Shown here: positions 60,186 to 64,000 of the stretch, in pieces
Layout of the letters: each line of letters opens with the position of its first letter
Numbering within the stretch: position 1 is the stretch's first letter
From: Anolis carolinensis
Taxonomy: Eukaryota
Length of the DNA stretch: 64,000 nt
NCBI RefSeq assembly: GCF_035594765.1
Contig: NC_085841.1
Coordinates: 314,783,402-314,847,401 of the forward strand
Reading direction: 5' to 3'
The notes under the pieces: model-generated
Database searches by the model: none
Told to the model about the DNA's origin: nothing
What the model saw: only the letters and a program-made list of their open reading frames with translations
Position numbers and translations under genes: made by a program

Positions 60186-62139
60186 CAAATATTATTTGAC
60201 AGACTACTGTTTGTCATAGCCAACACCCAAAACTGAAGTATGTGAGCACAACAATACATCACATGTAAGGCCAAAGTCTCCCATTTCTGTTGTAGAAGGT
60301 CAGCTAGCATGAGTGGTCTGATAGACATCACATTGCTTGGAGTTGGACTCTGACAATATCCTTTACCTGAATGGAATACAAGAACAGGTGGTCCTCTTAT
60401 GGATTAACCTTTAATTAAACAGAAAGAAGAATGTAGGATTATACTGTCAAATCTCCTAATGAGAGGAATTAAGCAGTGAATTTTTCCAATCTCCTATATT
60501 TAGAACCAGTACACTTTAACTTTTACATAAATTATATAGAGTTGGGATAGCAGTGGTGGTCATATTTCTGTCTTGTATCAAATAAGTGTATGATGTGGAG
60601 CATGATGAAAAGCAAAGCAGACTGCAGAGAGTTCCAGAAGAGTTGTGTAAATGGTTCATAAAACGATGTGTTATATTCAGTGTAAGCAAGTATAAAGTGA
60701 GGCACACTGAAGCAATAAATATGAATGCCTGGATTGTCGGTGAGTGACTGGTAACTAACTAGAAAAGAGACCTATTAGCCATGGTGGATAGCCCAATGGA
60801 AACATGAACACAATATATTGCAGCTGTGGTAGAGGCAATTGCTATGCTAGAGTTTATTAGGAAAGCAATTGAAAATAAATCTGCCAGTAGCATAATGCCT
60901 TCACAGAGATCTGTGGTCCAGCCATATTTGGAATCCTGTGCACAGTTTGGTTGCCTTTTAGAAATAAGAGAGCTGGTATGATGACTTGTTAGCTAGTAGC
61001 TGGCATAATACCTGGGCCTACTTCTGTAGGGGATTAAGATCCATAGTGAAAGACGTTGCAGGCAATAAACAAACCAAAAAAAAAAACTGGCAGCAAACCT
61101 GTTTATTTCTTCTGTGGTGGAAGAGGTATAAGTCAAACCAATCTGGAAAGCTGGTATAAAATGTCTCTGATATACCAGGAGCTGACAGAAAATATTTTGG
61201 AACAAAACAGGTAGATTTGCCCAAAATAAAACCAAAAAATACAGGAACAAAATCTGGTATTTCCTGGTGTTTTTAGTCTTGTCTTTTAATTAGTCTGGAT
61301 ACCCTGCCATTCCCACAGGAACAATTTTGTTATGTAGCTGGGCATTTCTATAAGTGTCATAATACTTGGAACCTGAACGAGAATGAGAAATAGAATAATA
61401 ACTTTTCTGCTGTTATTTCTGAAGCAATTCATGTGTTGTTCTGTGTTGAGATGAGTTTATAACCACTGGCTTGTTTCACAGTTAATAGGGATTTATGTAT
61501 GCAAAGTTTCCATAACAAATTATTGTCATATATTCCAGCTACTTTATGATGCATGTTACTGCATCCCTGATGTGCTTCATACATATATACATACATACAT
61601 ACACACTTGCGCTATACTTCAGGAATATAGGGCCAAGGACAATGTGTGATCCCTGCATATTCAGATATATGTGGCTATACTGTGAACCGATACTCAGCTG
61701 TCATGTGATATTCAATTAGATCAGTACCAGATTTCTTGCAATCAGAACTGATGATTTATTGTGGAAGATCTGTTTCATATCATCAAAATGCTCTACATTT
61801 CCCTTTTTTGGATTTCTTTCCAATATTTCCACCAGGCCAGACTGTGAATCATACATCTGTAACAGTCACTTTTCTCTGTACATAACTAAGAAGTAGTCCA
61901 CACCAGCAAATTCATTTAGCTGCAATTCCAAGTAATCCTCTCTGAATTCACACTTTTAGCACCACACCTATATTAAATAAACTGGACTCTGATTTCACCC
62001 CCCATGATTTCAAACATATGTAAAGCTTCCAGTTTTTCCCCCTAAAGATTAAAATGTGAATTTATAAATCATATTAACACCCTAAAAGAAGCCCTTTCAT
62101 TGTGAAATACATAGTATGTCATATGTTTCCAAAGCACGG

Positions 62140-63290
62140 TGTCAAGGACAGAACGCCACAAGATTCAGAGTAACAGAGTTTATTAGGTTACAGAACTCAA
62201 AACAAGCCCGTAAAACACAAAGGCCAGGCAGTATTTGCCTTTAGGAGCAAAAAAGGGGCAAAATAAATGTTCAAAAGATAAACCGAATTAAACTGGAGTT
62301 TAATCCGGATAAAAAACAAACTGCTTGCTTCAGCCTGAATATAAACAAAACTAGAGACAAGAACAAAAGATACAAAGAATGCAGCTAATTGGCAGCAGAT
62401 TCCTCTCTGCTGCCAACACAGTGTTTAGAGTAACTTGCGTCGCTCCCACACACACACAGCAGACAGGATTTCCAGCACGAACAGATCAGCCAGGGAATGC
62501 AGCAGAAGAGTAGACCAGTTCCGTTCCGTAGTTCAAAGCCAGAAGCAGACGTTTGTAGTTTTCCCAAGTCCAAGAAGGGGATGAAGCCAAGCCGTGGTCA
62601 GTTCAGTCCGGGTATTCAAAGCAGGAGATGGCGTCCGTCAAGAAGACGACGGAAGGTCAAGCTAATAAGAGTAAGCACAGGTTTGCACAAACAAATGCCC
62701 ACACAATCCCTCCCGCCGTCTGACCCTGGATTCCAATCAACTTACGTCTCAGCACAGGAAAGCACACAAGTCTTCAGGGAAGCGTCCCACACACACACGG
62801 ATCCCAAGCGTTTGCCCAGATTACCTTGCCCGACGCAATTTGCAATTGCTCCCAAGCCCCATTTTATGCCAGTTACAAATCTTCATCACTGTCAGCTGTC
62901 CTCCTTAACCCGGGCGTTTCCTCATCACTTTCCTCGTCAGAGCTGGAACACCTCTGACTACGCCCAGCAGCATCTCCAGCTGTGGATCCCGTCCCATCCC
63001 TCCAGCTAAGCCATGGATCTGATCCTGAAGGTCCCCATTCATCTTCTGCCCCATCATGGCCAGTGGCCCCCAATTCCTCCCTTACCCGAGTCCAATCCAT
63101 CTCATCCTCCTCCGAGCTAACCTGCCCCTCCTCCATTCTCTCCGTAAACCCCTCGAAAGACTCTTCATCAGATGGTGCTGCAAATATGTCTCGCAGTCTT
63201 TTTCTCTCTCGCTCCTCGAGAGTATCCGACTCTCGAGGAGTCTTACGCCCACGCCTGTCAGTAACAGAGCCACGAGGCTCAATCATAACA
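62140..63290 (-). repeat. Gypsy 3' LTR (1151 bp)
   Basis: Same termini as the solo LTR 56014-57082; AATAAA at 62184-62179. Confidence 0.93.
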
Positions 63291-64000
63291 CTATCCCCTC
63301 TCACAAAGGCCTCCTCCTCCGATGGTGGAGAAGTGGCAGTGATACTCTCTGCTATAGCACCACGACGACTAGAGGTATCAAGTTTCAACAGCGAACGATG
63401 AAAGACTGGATGGACCTTTAAACTAGATGGTAAACGCAAACGAAACGCAACGGAAGAAATCTTTTTAACGATAGGAAAGGGACCCAAAAACCGAGGCGCA
63501 AACTTTCCCCCAGCCTGCTTAATATATTTGGAAGATAACCACACCAAATCCCCTTCCTCCAACTCCTCCCCTGCCTGCCTGCGGCGGTCAGCCTGAGTCT
63601 TCTGCGTTGCCTTAGCTTCCAACAGTAAGCGACGGGCAACATCGTGCAATGCAGCCATTTCCGTAGAGCGGTACACAGGGTCCGAAGAGACCACATTGGT
63701 CGACGGCGCCACACCTCCCCGTGGGTGAAAGCCATAAGTAAGCTCAAACGGCGTATGCTGACTAGACGTGTGCACCGCATTGTTGTAAGCAAATTCCGCC
63801 ACCGGTAACCACTTCACCCAAGCCGTGGGTTGATCTAAACAAAAACAACGCAAATACTGCTCTAAGAGCCCATTAACCCGTTCCGACTGTCCATCCGTTT
63901 GCGGATGGAAGGCGGACGACACGTTTAACTTAGTCCCCAAACACTCATGGAAGTGTTTCCAAAAGCGTGACACAAATTGCGGAGCCCTATCGGAAATAAT
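62873..64000 (-). CDS. pol: Gypsy pol integrase (5'-partial): catalytic core, GPY/F domain and LTR-encoded acidic tail
   Basis: Open from the window edge: IISDRAPQF ... HPQTDGQSER (D-35-E spacing counted), AEFAYNN, TPFELTYG, KFAPRFLGPF..VHPVFHRSLLK; no stop until 62873, which lies inside the LTR. Confidence 0.95.
   Translation of the reverse strand: MISDRAPQFVSRFWKHFHECLGTKLNVSSAFHPQTDGQSERVNGLLEQYLRCFCLDQPTAWVKWLPVAEFAYNNAVHTSSQHTPFELTYGFHPRGGVAPSTNVVSSDPVYRSTEMAALHDVARRLLLEAKATQKTQADRRRQAGEELEEGDLVWLSSKYIKQAGGKFAPRFLGPFPIVKKISSVAFRLRLPSSLKVHPVFHRSLLKLDTSSRRGAIAESITATSPPSEEEAFVRGDSVMIEPRGSVTDRRGRKTPRESDTLEERERKRLRDIFAAPSDEESFEGFTERMEEGQVSSEEDEMDWTRVREELGATGHDGAEDEWGPSGSDPWLSWRDGTGSTAGDAAGRSQRCSSSDEESDEETPGLRRTADSDEDL

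Larger units (their letters stand above)
62140..64000 (-). mobile_element. Gypsy LTR retrotransposon, 3' part (integrase, PPT, 3' LTR); continues beyond the window
   Basis: Integrase ORF; PPT gagaggggatag (63302-63291); LTR tgttatg...ttgaca. Predicted TSD is cacgg (62135-62139). Confidence 0.95.

Noticed and set aside
62982-63401. Antisense ORF to the integrase tail, also seen at 56029-56322
   Set aside because: It is the shadow frame that shares third codon positions with the sense ORF. Its length is not conserved (97 vs 139 aa) and it is Ser-rich as expected from reverse-complemented Glu/Asp codons.
1-64000. CRISPR arrays, rRNA/tRNA genes, host exons
   Set aside because: No regularly spaced repeat-spacer array. 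tRNA-like sequences are SINE heads. No ORF resembles a recognisable host protein, though short exons cannot be excluded.

Overview
This is vertebrate genomic DNA, very probably a squamate lizard (Anolis-type repeats: Sauria SINE, L2-tailed SINE, young L2/CR1/RTE/Vingi/L1 LINE pieces, Penelope repeats, many hAT, Tc1-mariner and Harbinger MITEs). I recognise no host protein-coding exon, so the window looks intronic or intergenic and is dominated by transposons, many nested inside each other. Major elements: (1) a young 5'-truncated L2 with a 435-codon RT ORF (10821-12487, -) inside a long ERV solo LTR; (2) a very young non-autonomous class I (gamma-like) ERV (38117-44870, +) with ~1221-bp near-identical LTRs, a 4-bp TSD, a tRNA-Arg-like PBS and only relics of gag and pol; (3) a Gypsy family present as a solo LTR (56014-57082, +) and as the 3' end of a longer element (62140->64000, -). 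The standout observation is in the Gypsy element. Its integrase has no chromodomain after the GPY/F motif. Instead the reading frame runs through the PPT and ~139 codons into the U3 of the 3' LTR, encoding an acidic tail that differs mostly at synonymous sites between the two LTR copies. The tail contains LRDIFAAPSDEESFEGF, which matches the FxGF LEDGF/p75 IBD-binding (TND-interacting) motif and closely resembles, as I recall it, the JPO2/CDCA7L motif. This suggests an LTR-encoded host-mimic tether for integration targeting. That is a hypothesis only; no database search was possible and all alignments were done by eye.
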